DNA of 20,000 nucleotides. It comes from an uncultured virus (IMG/VR IMGVR_UViG_3300031853_000028) (Duplodnaviria; Heunggongvirae; Uroviricota; Caudoviricetes). The stretch lies in IMG/VR virus record IMGVR_UViG_3300031853_000028. One strand, given 5' to 3'. Under the pieces are notes generated by a model. The model had not been told where the DNA came from. It ran no database searches and saw nothing but the letters and a program-made list of their open reading frames with translations. The position numbers and the translations under genes were made by a program. This document shows positions 1 to 10,659 of this stretch, in pieces; the first letter of the stretch is position 1; each line of letters opens with the position of its first letter.

Positions 1-2010
1 TTTACCAATGTTCTCAAAATCAACAACACAACCTGAATCTGACATTTCAGTTATTATACCTATGTTGCCATTTTTTATAGGAACTTCGTTATCATATATA
101 TCTACAGTTTTATAATTATTTTTTGTGTTGATAACCTTATCTCCTACATGAATATGATACACCTTATCCTTAGCAATAGGAACATCAAACACTTCTTCTC
201 CACTATGCCATTCATCAATAGGATTATATATGCTCTGTATAATAGTATTCAGATTAAAGCAAGAAACATCACCTCTTGACTTCATTGGTGTAGTAATCTG
301 TACATTCATAATATTGTTATCCCACTTCTTCATTTCTTTTTTGAAGTGTTCAACCACTGAATCTACAATATCACCATCATTAAATATATCAAACTCCATA
401 TCTTGTAATTCACCAACAATAGTATTGCCAACAAAATCACTATCAAATATTTGTTTGTTATTTGCCACATCAATTGATGTAGGTATTATGCCACTTCTTA
501 ATGCTTGTCTATGTGGTTTAGTCAATTTAACAACATCTATAACCTTACTCTTCAATATATCTGCAAATACTTGGCAATTACCAATCGGAGTTAACTGTTG
601 TACATCACCCATTATAATAACCTTTGCTCCTGTTGGGATAGATTCTAATAACTGTAAGAATAATGTTCCGTTAATCATTGTTGCTTCATCTATTATAACA
701 ATATCAGTTTGTAATTTATTATTACGATTATAAACAAATCCACCAAACTCATAACCTAATGCCATATGGATTGTTTGAGCAGGTAATCCAGTTGCTTCTG
801 TTATTCTAACAGATGCCTTGCCACTTAAAGCAACGCATGTTATAAGTCTATTCTTGAATAATGAAGTAATTGCATTAGCAGTTGAAGATTTTCCACATCC
901 TGCTCCACCAGTTAAAGCAATTACATTCTTGTTAATACCTTTATATATGAAATCTTTCTGTTCGTCTGTAAATTCAAAACCTTGTTTCTTTTCTATATCC
1001 TTAATCTTTTCTTCTACGTCACTTATGACAAAAGGCTTTGGATGATATTCATATACTGGTTCATCTGTTGGAGTATAACCTATATATAATCTTAATAATT
1101 CTTTATATATATTCATTTCTAATTCATAATATTTTTTAAGAAATACCTTTGTATTATTATCTCTTAATACAATTTTATTTTCTGCAATTAATTTTGTAGC
1201 AACCTTGACTAATACATCATTAGGTACATTGCCAATTGTATTATATACACTTGATATTAAATCAGTATAATATAAGTATGATTTGCCTAGTTCTGCACTT
1301 TCTTCTAATATATATTCCATAAAGCCACAAATTCTATATTCATCAAATAATTCAACTCCTGCTTTAAGAGCAATGTTATCAGCAGTTTTGAAGCCGATAC
1401 CATCTATTGATACCATATCATATGGTCTATTCTTAACCACATCTATTACAGTCTGTGGTGATTTATAATGAGCCATTAATTTACCTATCATATTATGAGT
1501 TAAACCTACATTATCTAATTCAATATATATCTGTGAATAATCTTTACTATCTTCATATGATGATAATATTTTTCTTGCCACTGGCTTTCTAATACCCTTA
1601 ACTGCACATAACTTATCCATATCTTTATTTTCTAAGATAGATATAACATCATCATATGCATCAAATAACTTGTCTACTGCATTTGAATTAACAAAATTTT
1701 TCAAGAAGTTTTTCTGTTGCTCTCTGTTATTTAATTCAACATTAGGATTAATAAATGTTACTTCATAAGTATCTCCGTATTTAGGATTACTCTCTGCTAA
1801 TTTGCAATATACTTTATACTCTTGAAGATAAACCATTTCACAAAAAATACCTTTTAATTTAATATAGTCATCATTGTATTCTGTGCCATCTAATCTCTTA
1901 ATAACTTTTGCTTTAATAATTCCAAATTCTCCACTCTCGATCCTTCTACTCTTCTTTGGATAAAACATAGTATTCATTTCAATTACTAATTTTAAAATAT
2001 TTTCTTCCAT
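1..2010 (-). CDS. recD2: RecD2-like SF1B helicase (3' end runs off the window; absent from the supplied ORF track)
   Basis: Manual translation from ATG at 2010 (TAATG overlap with the polymerase stop) gives MEENILKLVIE... It contains Walker A LTGGAGCGKSS, SGKASVRITEATGLPAQTIH, Walker B IVIIDEATM, GDVQQLTPIG, LTKPHRQ and GDKVINTKNNY, all RecD2/TraA-type motifs. Confidence 0.9.
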   Translation of the reverse strand, partial: MEENILKLVIEMNTMFYPKKSRRIESGEFGIIKAKVIKRLDGTEYNDDYIKLKGIFCEMVYLQEYKVYCKLAESNPKYGDTYEVTFINPNVELNNREQQKNFLKNFVNSNAVDKLFDAYDDVISILENKDMDKLCAVKGIRKPVARKILSSYEDSKDYSQIYIELDNVGLTHNMIGKLMAHYKSPQTVIDVVKNRPYDMVSIDGIGFKTADNIALKAGVELFDEYRICGFMEYILEESAELGKSYLYYTDLISSVYNTIGNVPNDVLVKVATKLIAENKIVLRDNNTKVFLKKYYELEMNIYKELLRLYIGYTPTDEPVYEYHPKPFVISDVEEKIKDIEKKQGFEFTDEQKDFIYKGINKNVIALTGGAGCGKSSTANAITSLFKNRLITCVALSGKASVRITEATGLPAQTIHMALGYEFGGFVYNRNNKLQTDIVIIDEATMINGTLFLQLLESIPTGAKVIIMGDVQQLTPIGNCQVFADILKSKVIDVVKLTKPHRQALRSGIIPTSIDVANNKQIFDSDFVGNTIVGELQDMEFDIFNDGDIVDSVVEHFKKEMKKWDNNIMNVQITTPMKSRGDVSCFNLNTIIQSIYNPIDEWHSGEEVFDVPIAKDKVYHIHVGDKVINTKNNYKTVDIYDNEVPIKNGNIGIITEMSDSGCVVDFENIGK

Positions 2011-4556
2011 TATAAATCCTCGCTTTCAATATAATTATTCTTAGGTTCTCTATATATAATATTATAAGTTTCAACGTAAAAATGTTTTTTACTTTCATCT
2101 TCTTCTATAATATTTATTCCTTTTTCATCTTTGCCTACAACTTTGACTCCATTAATGTATGTTGAATTTTTAATTTCTATAACATCACCATCAAACAATC
2201 TTAAAATTGAATATGTAGTAGGTCTAACCTTTGCATATATAAATGTTCCATCACATACTCTGTATAATATTGCATTAGGTTTGATTACATCTCTTATATT
2301 TAACACATAATATATATTATCTTTCACTCTTGTGTCTGTATAATTAATATCATTAAACAAAGATATTTGTGCTTTAGCCACATTAATAAAGTTAATATTA
2401 TAATCATTAGGTATAATGTTAAATATATCTTTTAATGCTTCTATATAATTAAATTCAACATATGTTTTATTTTTAAGTATAGAGTTATTCTCTATTATGT
2501 TTTTCAAATGTGGCAAATTAAAATCTTTAGTTAACTTATCCACTGTTATTATTCTTAATTGTTTCTTATCATATAATTTAATAAATAATTCATTAAAGAG
2601 TTTTAATTTATTTAAGTTACCAAACATCTTTAAACAATTAGCACTGATATATTTATCAAGTATTTTAATTGAATTAAATTTTTCTTTTACTGATATGAGA
2701 AAATTAACATATGATGTTAAATTATCTCCTAATATGTTAAACAAATCTTTAGTTTCAGTATTTTCAACTTCATCTTCTAAGAATAATTTAATTCTTTTAT
2801 TTGCTTCATCAATGTAATATTGTTTATCCAAATAGTCAGGACATTCAACTCCTATTACACTATCATTATGAATAAACAAATGTGTTGAAGTGTTAGCATA
2901 CTTCTCATAACTCTTTACACCATTCTCAATCTTTACTTTATATATTCCACCATGCTCTTCTTTGGTACTAGCAAAAACTCTATGTACCTTACCATCTAAT
3001 GTTGCACCATTTTCCATGTTTTTTTCATCATTAATTGTGCCATATATAACTTCTTTATAATTGCTAGATAGTTTAACCAATGTCTGAAACTTAATTAATT
3101 CATTACAATTATTAATAGTATCTTCAACTGGTGTATCATTTATAAAATATTCTCTTACTGCATCATTAAGTATAGAACAGTTATTATCAATAGGTGTATT
3201 ATACTTAACCATTGCACCTTTGCATTTAATCTTTCCGTCTGATTTAACTGCTATATAGTTATTAACGTCTTTTTGTATCATCTTTGTATATTCATCATAC
3301 TCAAAGTTTACAAATAATCGCTTACCACATTCATCTATGATTGATATAACTTTATTCTTCGTTTCTTCATCTTTAACCCAGAAGAATATACCATCAGTAT
3401 TGCTCTGAATAATTTCGCAATAATCTTCTATATGGCATAACACATCTAATATAATCATCTGTCCGTATATACACGTTAAGTTAGCCATCAATGGATCATA
3501 CATAGCACCTTTCTTATCTTTAGATGCTCCATATGTACCATTAATCATAGGTTTCAATGAATCACTTCTACTGTCTTTTTTGGCTTTAAATTCTAGCCTT
3601 AAATCTCTCATTTGTTTAAAGTCATCTGGGTTCTTAAACTTTCTACTTAATAATCCATATACGATATCAAGTGTAGGATACATTGCTGATACATCTGCAT
3701 CAAGTAAAAAACCACCTATTTTTTTACAATCTATTATATGTTTATCACTACAACCATGCACCCCACCGAACCCAAACACATGTTTTATTCCTGCAATAAT
3801 ACAATTTAATTGTCGATTATGTTGATTATCGTTAGAATGTAAATAATTCTTGTAACTCCAATTCTTAGGATTTAAATACCAATCAACAATAAATTTATAT
3901 TTATCTTTTATCTCAATATTGTCAGGTACTTTAATATCAAATTCATCATCTAATGTTGGCTGTTTAACTACATTCAAAGCAGTTGAAGCAAGTTGTACTT
4001 TAGTTTTAGATATGTTGCTCATATCCAAATTATAGAGTGATATAATATCTAAGTGACCTTGCAATTCATCATATGTTAATTTAATAACTTTAATCAATTC
4101 TATAACATCATGTCGATTATAATATAATGTTTGCTCTATCTCTTTTTGTGTCAATGGTCTATTAATATTAAAGTCAACTTGTGTTTCCCTAATATCATCA
4201 CCCATAAATAATTCTAAAGTCTTTAACGATTTATCTTTTACTAACGCATCAAAATCATACAATTGTATTGATTTTTTCTTTTGTAATATTTCATGTGCGT
4301 TCTTGCCTTTCATTGCTTGCTCTGATAAATATCCACAAGGTATACCTGCCAGTATACCTTTGTATAAAATTGAATCATATCGTCTGCTATTGTAACCAAC
4401 AACTATATCATCTTTATGAAAATTATAAAATGTTTTTAATTTATCTACATCATTAACAATTACTGTTTCATCTGCTTGATTATTTATATTAATAAACGTA
4501 ACACAAAACCAATTAATCTTAGAGTAACACTCAAAATCGTAAGCATATATATTCAT
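2010..4556 (-). CDS. Phage family B DNA polymerase with 3'-5' exonuclease and a long C-terminal extension
   Basis: Exo I YDFECY, Exo II VGYNSRRYD, Exo III YNRHDV; polymerase motifs A DADVSAMYP, B KPMINGTYG, C QSNTDGI. About 255 aa follow the usual core end (YYIDEANKRI). Confidence 0.88.
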   Translation of the reverse strand: MNIYAYDFECYSKINWFCVTFININNQADETVIVNDVDKLKTFYNFHKDDIVVGYNSRRYDSILYKGILAGIPCGYLSEQAMKGKNAHEILQKKKSIQLYDFDALVKDKSLKTLELFMGDDIRETQVDFNINRPLTQKEIEQTLYYNRHDVIELIKVIKLTYDELQGHLDIISLYNLDMSNISKTKVQLASTALNVVKQPTLDDEFDIKVPDNIEIKDKYKFIVDWYLNPKNWSYKNYLHSNDNQHNRQLNCIIAGIKHVFGFGGVHGCSDKHIIDCKKIGGFLLDADVSAMYPTLDIVYGLLSRKFKNPDDFKQMRDLRLEFKAKKDSRSDSLKPMINGTYGASKDKKGAMYDPLMANLTCIYGQMIILDVLCHIEDYCEIIQSNTDGIFFWVKDEETKNKVISIIDECGKRLFVNFEYDEYTKMIQKDVNNYIAVKSDGKIKCKGAMVKYNTPIDNNCSILNDAVREYFINDTPVEDTINNCNELIKFQTLVKLSSNYKEVIYGTINDEKNMENGATLDGKVHRVFASTKEEHGGIYKVKIENGVKSYEKYANTSTHLFIHNDSVIGVECPDYLDKQYYIDEANKRIKLFLEDEVENTETKDLFNILGDNLTSYVNFLISVKEKFNSIKILDKYISANCLKMFGNLNKLKLFNELFIKLYDKKQLRIITVDKLTKDFNLPHLKNIIENNSILKNKTYVEFNYIEALKDIFNIIPNDYNINFINVAKAQISLFNDINYTDTRVKDNIYYVLNIRDVIKPNAILYRVCDGTFIYAKVRPTTYSILRLFDGDVIEIKNSTYINGVKVVGKDEKGINIIEEDESKKHFYVETYNIIYREPKNNYIESEDL

Positions 4557-4570
4557 ATTTTTTTCCTTTC

Positions 4571-6346
4571 TTATAAACCAAATACACTTGCGTTATTATT
4601 TATTTTATAATTAATATCTTTAATTACAACTGTAGGTCTATTCCCTTCTCCCATCTTAAAACTTCCAACAACCGAAACTAAAAGATTATCCCCTATATTG
4701 TACATATCATTAACTATATCAAACAATGAAGATTTACTATACATATCAAACTTTATATTCTTGTAAGTAAAATCAAATCTATTTTGTTTTTCTCCTTGTA
4801 ATGTAGTAGTATACATATTTAAAGGTATATTATCTATAACAAATAAAGGCTCTTCCACACCATTACCAAATAAATAATTATATTTGGATATGTTTTTTAT
4901 GTTAATATCACTTAAATCTGTAGCATCATATACATGATAAACATAGTATTCTTTTTCATTTAATTGTAAATTAGCAAACTTATCAATATCTCTTGCTAAC
5001 ATACCATATAACATTGATATGTTCTTCTTATTTATCGTTGCACCAAATGCTCCATCATGTCCATGACATTCTATTATACCTAATGTTTCACAATATTCTC
5101 TAAAATTACCAATAGGTGATTTGTCTGAACCTCTTCCACTACCAGTTAACTTATCTCCTATATCTTTAAGTATTAAACATGGCTTTGAATAATGTGAAGC
5201 AATCTTATTACTCATTAATCCAGTGATTCCTGCATCCATTCCATCTTCAAGTTTACATACAATAACTGGATATTTATTTAATTCAAATGTATCAATCTGT
5301 TCCTCTAATTTTTTAGCATCATCTTCTGCCATCTTGTCTTGTCTACGTTTTAAACTATCGCAACTTCTATACATATATTCTTGAATAGACATATTGACTA
5401 AACCTTTACCTCTAATCTCTTTATCTAATCGGCAATGAGGATTAACAAATGCTTCAAACAACATTCTCTTCTCTTCTATCGTACCTATTCTAATTAACGC
5501 ATTAAGTAATGGAGCAACATAATATCCTATGTTATTAATTGTTATGTTACCTTTTAATCTATAAGATAACTGTCTAACAAACTCGGATATTAAAGGATTA
5601 AAGTTAGTATTATCTGATATACTTTGCAATCCTTTAAGAACTAAATATCTTGATTGTAAGTTAGTTAAATCAGCTCTGTCTGCTATCATGCCAAGAGCAA
5701 CTAAGTCTAAGTAATCATCTGCATAATTAACATTTAATACTTTGTCCACCTTCTTGCAGAACTTATAAACAATTCCAACACCTGTCATTGCTTTATCTGT
5801 TACACTATCTTCTAACTGATTATTCACAATATTATACTGTGATTTATAATAATTTAAATTATAATTTTCAATAATGTTTTTATCTGCTTTATGATGGTCT
5901 AAGATAATAACTTTTTTAGTTTTTATAACTCGTTCTAAATATTCATCATCATTTGTTCCTGCATCTGGGATAATAATTAATGATGATTTGCTTTTAATCA
6001 ATGATTCATATACATCTTTAATACCATGAACTTTGGTTTTATGTACATGTATTTGAATTGTTGCACTCGAACAAATCTTTTTAATGTATAAATATATTAA
6101 AGAAGCAGATGTATAACCATCAACATCACAATCTACAACTAAATCAATTATTTTGTTATCTGAATTTAAAACATTCAAAAGTGTTCTTACTGCATTAGTC
6201 ATTGTTGAAAACAATTCTACATCTTCAATATGTTTTTCAGAAGGATTTATAAACTCTTCTATATCATTAATACCTTGTAATTTTAATATATCTACAATTT
6301 CATTACCAAATGTTATTCCATTACCTAACAATTTATATGTAAACAT
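4571..6346 (-). CDS. recJ: RecJ-like DHH ssDNA exonuclease (SPbeta YorK-like)
   Basis: DCDVDGYTS, IPDAGTND, ILDHH, DLVALGMIAD, APLLNALIRIG, GSGRG, GHDGAFG and FGNGVEEP motifs. Confidence 0.9.
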   Translation of the reverse strand: MFTYKLLGNGITFGNEIVDILKLQGINDIEEFINPSEKHIEDVELFSTMTNAVRTLLNVLNSDNKIIDLVVDCDVDGYTSASLIYLYIKKICSSATIQIHVHKTKVHGIKDVYESLIKSKSSLIIIPDAGTNDDEYLERVIKTKKVIILDHHKADKNIIENYNLNYYKSQYNIVNNQLEDSVTDKAMTGVGIVYKFCKKVDKVLNVNYADDYLDLVALGMIADRADLTNLQSRYLVLKGLQSISDNTNFNPLISEFVRQLSYRLKGNITINNIGYYVAPLLNALIRIGTIEEKRMLFEAFVNPHCRLDKEIRGKGLVNMSIQEYMYRSCDSLKRRQDKMAEDDAKKLEEQIDTFELNKYPVIVCKLEDGMDAGITGLMSNKIASHYSKPCLILKDIGDKLTGSGRGSDKSPIGNFREYCETLGIIECHGHDGAFGATINKKNISMLYGMLARDIDKFANLQLNEKEYYVYHVYDATDLSDINIKNISKYNYLFGNGVEEPLFVIDNIPLNMYTTTLQGEKQNRFDFTYKNIKFDMYSKSSLFDIVNDMYNIGDNLLVSVVGSFKMGEGNRPTVVIKDINYKINNNASVFGL

Positions 6347-7434
6347 TACAAATCGCCCCCATTCGTACCAACTATAATTTTATTATCCATTAACCTTAGC
6401 AATTTTTCATATCCTTTGTCTGTAGGACTATCTTTATAATCAAACATATCATAAGCATCCCATAATACTGATACAGTAACATATGGAGTTAGTTTATCAA
6501 TTATCTTTTTCTTTAGTACTTTCGCCCATTCGTATGATTCTTCTTCTGTCTTATATTGTTTATCCATACCAATAATGACTTCTCTCACATCTGAATCAAT
6601 TATCATCTTTCTTTGATATTCAGATAAGTTTAATCCACATAAAGCAACTGTAAAATTGTCATCACCAAACATTGTATCTGCTTGCATCACAGATTTCTCT
6701 CCCTCAACAAGCATCATCTTTCTTTTCTTTTTGATAGCATTTATATTTTTATTTAACCCATATAAATTTCTACCTAAAGGATGATTATATGTGGTGTTCC
6801 CCACCCTTAAAGGTGAGTACTTACCATATTTTTCTATATCAATTTCAGTTAACATTCGATTTCTTATTCCAATTAGATTATCATTAACATCATAATGAGG
6901 AATAATAATCTTTTCGCCCCATATACAATACTTAATATTATACTTGCTCATGGTTTTATCACATATACCTTCATCAATCCACCCTTGATAATGAACATCA
7001 GAAAAGATATTTAAAATTGATTTATCATATATGTTAAATTCAAAGGTATCTTCTTCTTTAGGCTTACTTTTTTCTTTGAATCGTGTGATAAACGACCAAT
7101 CAGATAATGTATTCTGATTATCAGCATTAACAAATCCAACTGCATACTCATCTGATATATTTAATGTTAATTTTATCCAGTTCATTGCTTCAATAAAGGT
7201 ATAATCTTTAACACTCATAACCAAACCTATAATGTCCATACTTCCACATTCTGTATAGCAATGAAAATTTTTCGTTTGTTTATAGTAATATAGTTTGTTC
7301 TTATGTCCACAATGACAAATTGTATTGTATATTATAACATCTGTATCTTCATAACTATTAATTCCACCCAATAATTCCATTAATTTTTTTACATCATTTG
7401 TACTAATCTTTTCCTTTAACTCATTTGAAGTCAT
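6346..7434 (-). CDS. dnaG: DnaG-type DNA primase (Zn-binding + TOPRIM; YorJ-like)
   Basis: N-terminal ICHCGH...FHCYTECG Zn module, IIIPHYD...GIRNR, NLYGLN, LVEGEKS, IGMDK; adjacent to the helicase. Confidence 0.85.
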   Translation of the reverse strand: MTSNELKEKISTNDVKKLMELLGGINSYEDTDVIIYNTICHCGHKNKLYYYKQTKNFHCYTECGSMDIIGLVMSVKDYTFIEAMNWIKLTLNISDEYAVGFVNADNQNTLSDWSFITRFKEKSKPKEEDTFEFNIYDKSILNIFSDVHYQGWIDEGICDKTMSKYNIKYCIWGEKIIIPHYDVNDNLIGIRNRMLTEIDIEKYGKYSPLRVGNTTYNHPLGRNLYGLNKNINAIKKKRKMMLVEGEKSVMQADTMFGDDNFTVALCGLNLSEYQRKMIIDSDVREVIIGMDKQYKTEEESYEWAKVLKKKIIDKLTPYVTVSVLWDAYDMFDYKDSPTDKGYEKLLRLMDNKIIVGTNGGDL

Positions 7435-7444
7435 ATGTTATTCC

Positions 7445-9064
7445 TCAATTATTTCTTAAATTATTAACTAAATCAATTACATCTACATCTTCTATATCTA
7501 CTGTATTAATATTACTTATATTCCCTATATCCTTTGTATCAAAATCTAAAATTGTTTGTTCTATATTTGATATTAATTCAAAATTATAATCTGTCACAAA
7601 GCAATCTCGTTCTCTCATTGTACCCAAATTTAATTGCACCCACACAATGATTGCTTTCCACTTATTACCTCTATTTTTAAATATGTAATAAGCATAGTTA
7701 GGAACTTTATCAAACTTACCACCACTATTTAATATAGGTTCTAATCTCTTTAAATCTTTGTGAGTTACTGGTAACTGCAATATACCACCATCTGCTTTTT
7801 CTATTATTGCCTTCGAACCTTTTAAAGCAGATGAATCTTTATTAGCATCATCTTTATATGTATCATTTAACTGCGTTGATGAACCTAAGAATATATTATG
7901 TTTATTACATAATTTCTTTAATTCACAACTAAACATGAAAAGGATTTGATCAGTTCTCAATCTTGTTTTTGTTGCATTATAGTAATACTCATACAATTGA
8001 GGACTATCATTAATGTAATCAAAAAAACAATATTTAATTCCATTATTTAGCACATGAGATTCAATTAAATCTGATATAGAATCTATTGTAAAATTAGATT
8101 GATATTCAACCTCTAATAATGAATCATGTGCCACAGTGATTGCTTCTCTATATATCATTTCCTCTTCTTCTGTCATATCCCAATCTTCTATCTTGTCCTG
8201 AGAGATGCCACATATGTGAGCCAATATAATATCTTGTACCTCTTCTTTAGTTAATTCGGTTGATATAAATAATACTGGTTCTCTCTCTCCAATATTAATC
8301 CATTCTTTCTTAGACCAATCATATAGTTTATCACATGCTATATTGATTGCATCTGAAAGTGAGTTCCTTGACTTTCCACCTCCTGATACCGAACTTCTAA
8401 TAATAAATCGTTTAGGCTTCATACCTCTAAATACTGTTGTCATATAGTGTGATTGGAATGGGTAGCCATATGTATTTACTTGTGATTTATGTTCAACATA
8501 TCTTTGTTCAATATCATCACTAATATGAAAACCATAACTGTCATCAGATGCAGACTTCCATAATTTTTTAAAGTTTAAAAACTTATCATTTATTCTATTC
8601 AATACTTCCTCTGCTGACATTTGTTGAAAATTATATAGGATATTTTCATCTGATTCATCATATATAAATGATACTTCCAATTTCAAATCATCTTTTGCAT
8701 TTCGTATTATTGAATATTTTCTGACTTCATCATGATATTTATCAATATTCAATATCTTATCTCTTGTAACTTCAATTGCACTTTCGATATACTCCCAGCC
8801 ATTGTTGTTAATCCATATGGCTTTAGCATTTGGAAATTGAGATATATTATTTTCAATGTCCATAGGTGTTATCTTGATAATTCCACCTTGTTTAGCGATT
8901 GAATATAACGAACCCCATATAATTTTATGAAATTGCTCTGGATAATCATTAATAGTTGTAGCAAATTTGTTATCCAATATATACTTTGGTTCATGACAAT
9001 AACAACCAAATAATAAAAATATTGCTTTCTTATCGACCTGCTCTGAGAAATTAATAATAATCAC
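7445..9064 (-). CDS. dnaB: DnaB-like replicative helicase (YorI-like)
   Basis: Walker A SVSGGGKSR, LFISTEL, FFDYI, STQLN, LKGSKAIIEKAD, IFKNRG (SF4 motifs). Exact start codon uncertain. Confidence 0.85.
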   Translation of the reverse strand: MIIINFSEQVDKKAIFLLFGCYCHEPKYILDNKFATTINDYPEQFHKIIWGSLYSIAKQGGIIKITPMDIENNISQFPNAKAIWINNNGWEYIESAIEVTRDKILNIDKYHDEVRKYSIIRNAKDDLKLEVSFIYDESDENILYNFQQMSAEEVLNRINDKFLNFKKLWKSASDDSYGFHISDDIEQRYVEHKSQVNTYGYPFQSHYMTTVFRGMKPKRFIIRSSVSGGGKSRNSLSDAINIACDKLYDWSKKEWINIGEREPVLFISTELTKEEVQDIILAHICGISQDKIEDWDMTEEEEMIYREAITVAHDSLLEVEYQSNFTIDSISDLIESHVLNNGIKYCFFDYINDSPQLYEYYYNATKTRLRTDQILFMFSCELKKLCNKHNIFLGSSTQLNDTYKDDANKDSSALKGSKAIIEKADGGILQLPVTHKDLKRLEPILNSGGKFDKVPNYAYYIFKNRGNKWKAIIVWVQLNLGTMRERDCFVTDYNFELISNIEQTILDFDTKDIGNISNINTVDIEDVDVIDLVNNLRNN

Positions 9065-9091
9065 CCTTTCTGTTGATGTATGTGTTATTAG

Positions 9092-9565
9092 TTATTTACT
9101 TGTTGCAATTTCGTCAAGGTTTATTACATTTACTTTTTGTCTTTTATTATTTCTATACACTGCTCTTTTTATTTTAATTTCATTACTTTCTTGCACCTTC
9201 TTACTTCGTTTGACTTGTTCATTGTAAAATTCAAATGCCTTATTATAATAATCTTGAACATTACTTAAACTATATTTAGGATTAAACACATTCTCTATGT
9301 CTTTCATGTACCATAATGTGTATGTTATAGCCGAATAAGGATATTCATTTATAGTATGTAAGTTTTTTATCATCTTTAATTGAATAGATGATGGTTTATC
9401 ACTTTCGCATAACATACATAAATATTGTATTAACTGTTTATAATCATCTGCTTCACGTTTAACTATACTATAACAATCTGTACAATAATTTTTCCCACTA
9501 ACTTTGTGTTTATCCTCGGCATTGATTAACTCTTTCTCACATCTTTTACATTTTGTTCTTGCCAT
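9092..9565 (-). CDS. Zn-finger protein (CxxC...CxxC), YorH-like, possible helicase loader/initiator
   Basis: CKRC...YCTDC near the N-terminus; lies between the AAA ATPase and DnaB genes. Start moved to ATG 9565 because GAGGTG lies just upstream. Confidence 0.6.
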   Translation of the reverse strand: MARTKCKRCEKELINAEDKHKVSGKNYCTDCYSIVKREADDYKQLIQYLCMLCESDKPSSIQLKMIKNLHTINEYPYSAITYTLWYMKDIENVFNPKYSLSNVQDYYNKAFEFYNEQVKRSKKVQESNEIKIKRAVYRNNKRQKVNVINLDEIATSK

Positions 9566-9586
9566 ATTACACCTCTTCATATATAT

Positions 9587-9620
9587 GGGAAAAGGTATCT
9601 TGTATTAGACACCTTTTCCC
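9587..9620 (-). terminator. Strong intergenic hairpin (possible weak terminator or processing site)
   Basis: Minus strand GGGAAAAGGTGTCT-aataca-AGATACCTTTTCCC: 14-bp stem with one G-U pair, no U-tract after it. Confidence 0.45.
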
Positions 9621-9638
9621 TCAATATAATTCTAGTTA

Positions 9639-10637
9639 TTAATTATTGTTATTAGTTATGTATTTATCAACTAATCCTTCAAGTTCAATAACGATAACCT
9701 TTGTTAACTCTATTTGATTTTCTTTAAGTGAATCAAACATCTTAACATTACCATTATCATCTATACCCAAGTTACGTTTAAGAACAGCAGTTGCTTCTTC
9801 TACTCTTCCATTCTTTGCTAGTAAGTTTCCTAACTCCATACCACGTTTCTTTATCTCTTCGAAATCCTCATGGACAACAGTTCTGTCTATCGTCTGTTCA
9901 TTTGTAATGGATGAACCATATTTATTCTCAATTGTTTTAGTCCAGACATCTTTTAATTCATCTACATTGATAACATCAGGTAAACCAAATGTATCTTTCA
10001 GATTAGGATTTAATCTTGACTTTTTAAATGTTACAAATCTCTTGTTCTGCACTTCATCATATATCAATCTTCCAATTAAATAACTTGGTTCTGAAACATA
10101 TGATGCTGTATTCTTATTTAATTTAAGAGTTGTAACGTCATATTCTGTTTTATCCACCTTAACTTTACTATGTACATTCTGTGCAATAAAATGTACTACA
10201 TATCCTAACTTCTGAATATCTCCGATTGTTCGTAATACACTTCTGTATCTCTGTGTACCTTCACCATATGTTCCAACGTCTTTGATAATCTCTGCATCTC
10301 TTGAATCTGTTACATACTTTTCACCAAATTCTTCAAATTTATCAATAGTATCAATTACTACACATGAGAACTTTTCTTTTAACGCAGGATTATTCAGCTG
10401 ATTAACAATTGACTTTAAGTCACTCATTTCTCTTATTCTCACTGCAACGATATTAGGAATATTCTGAAATCGGTCCTCAAATTCTAAGAATAATGGTTCT
10501 TTATCAGGACATATACTCTTTAAAAATTTCAACATGCAAGTAGTTTTTCCATCACCAGTATCACCTGAAAGCATCATAGAATACTGTGTTAAGTCTACTG
10601 ATATTTTATTTGGTTTTAAGTCACTTAGTAATATCAT
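9639..10637 (-). CDS. AAA_24/Sak4-like phage ATPase (YorG-like)
   Basis: Walker A GDTGDGKTT, LEFED, Walker B VVIDTID, FIAQ; next to an SSB-like gene. Confidence 0.75.
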   Translation of the reverse strand: MILLSDLKPNKISVDLTQYSMMLSGDTGDGKTTCMLKFLKSICPDKEPLFLEFEDRFQNIPNIVAVRIREMSDLKSIVNQLNNPALKEKFSCVVIDTIDKFEEFGEKYVTDSRDAEIIKDVGTYGEGTQRYRSVLRTIGDIQKLGYVVHFIAQNVHSKVKVDKTEYDVTTLKLNKNTASYVSEPSYLIGRLIYDEVQNKRFVTFKKSRLNPNLKDTFGLPDVINVDELKDVWTKTIENKYGSSITNEQTIDRTVVHEDFEEIKKRGMELGNLLAKNGRVEEATAVLKRNLGIDDNGNVKMFDSLKENQIELTKVIVIELEGLVDKYITNNNN

Positions 10638-10659
10638 ATCTTATCTTCCTTTCAATTAA

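Noticed and set aside
230..1468. Plus-strand ORFs 230..733, 818..1045 and 1283..1468
   Set aside because: Antisense shadows of the recD2 frame; no RBS or recognisable motifs.
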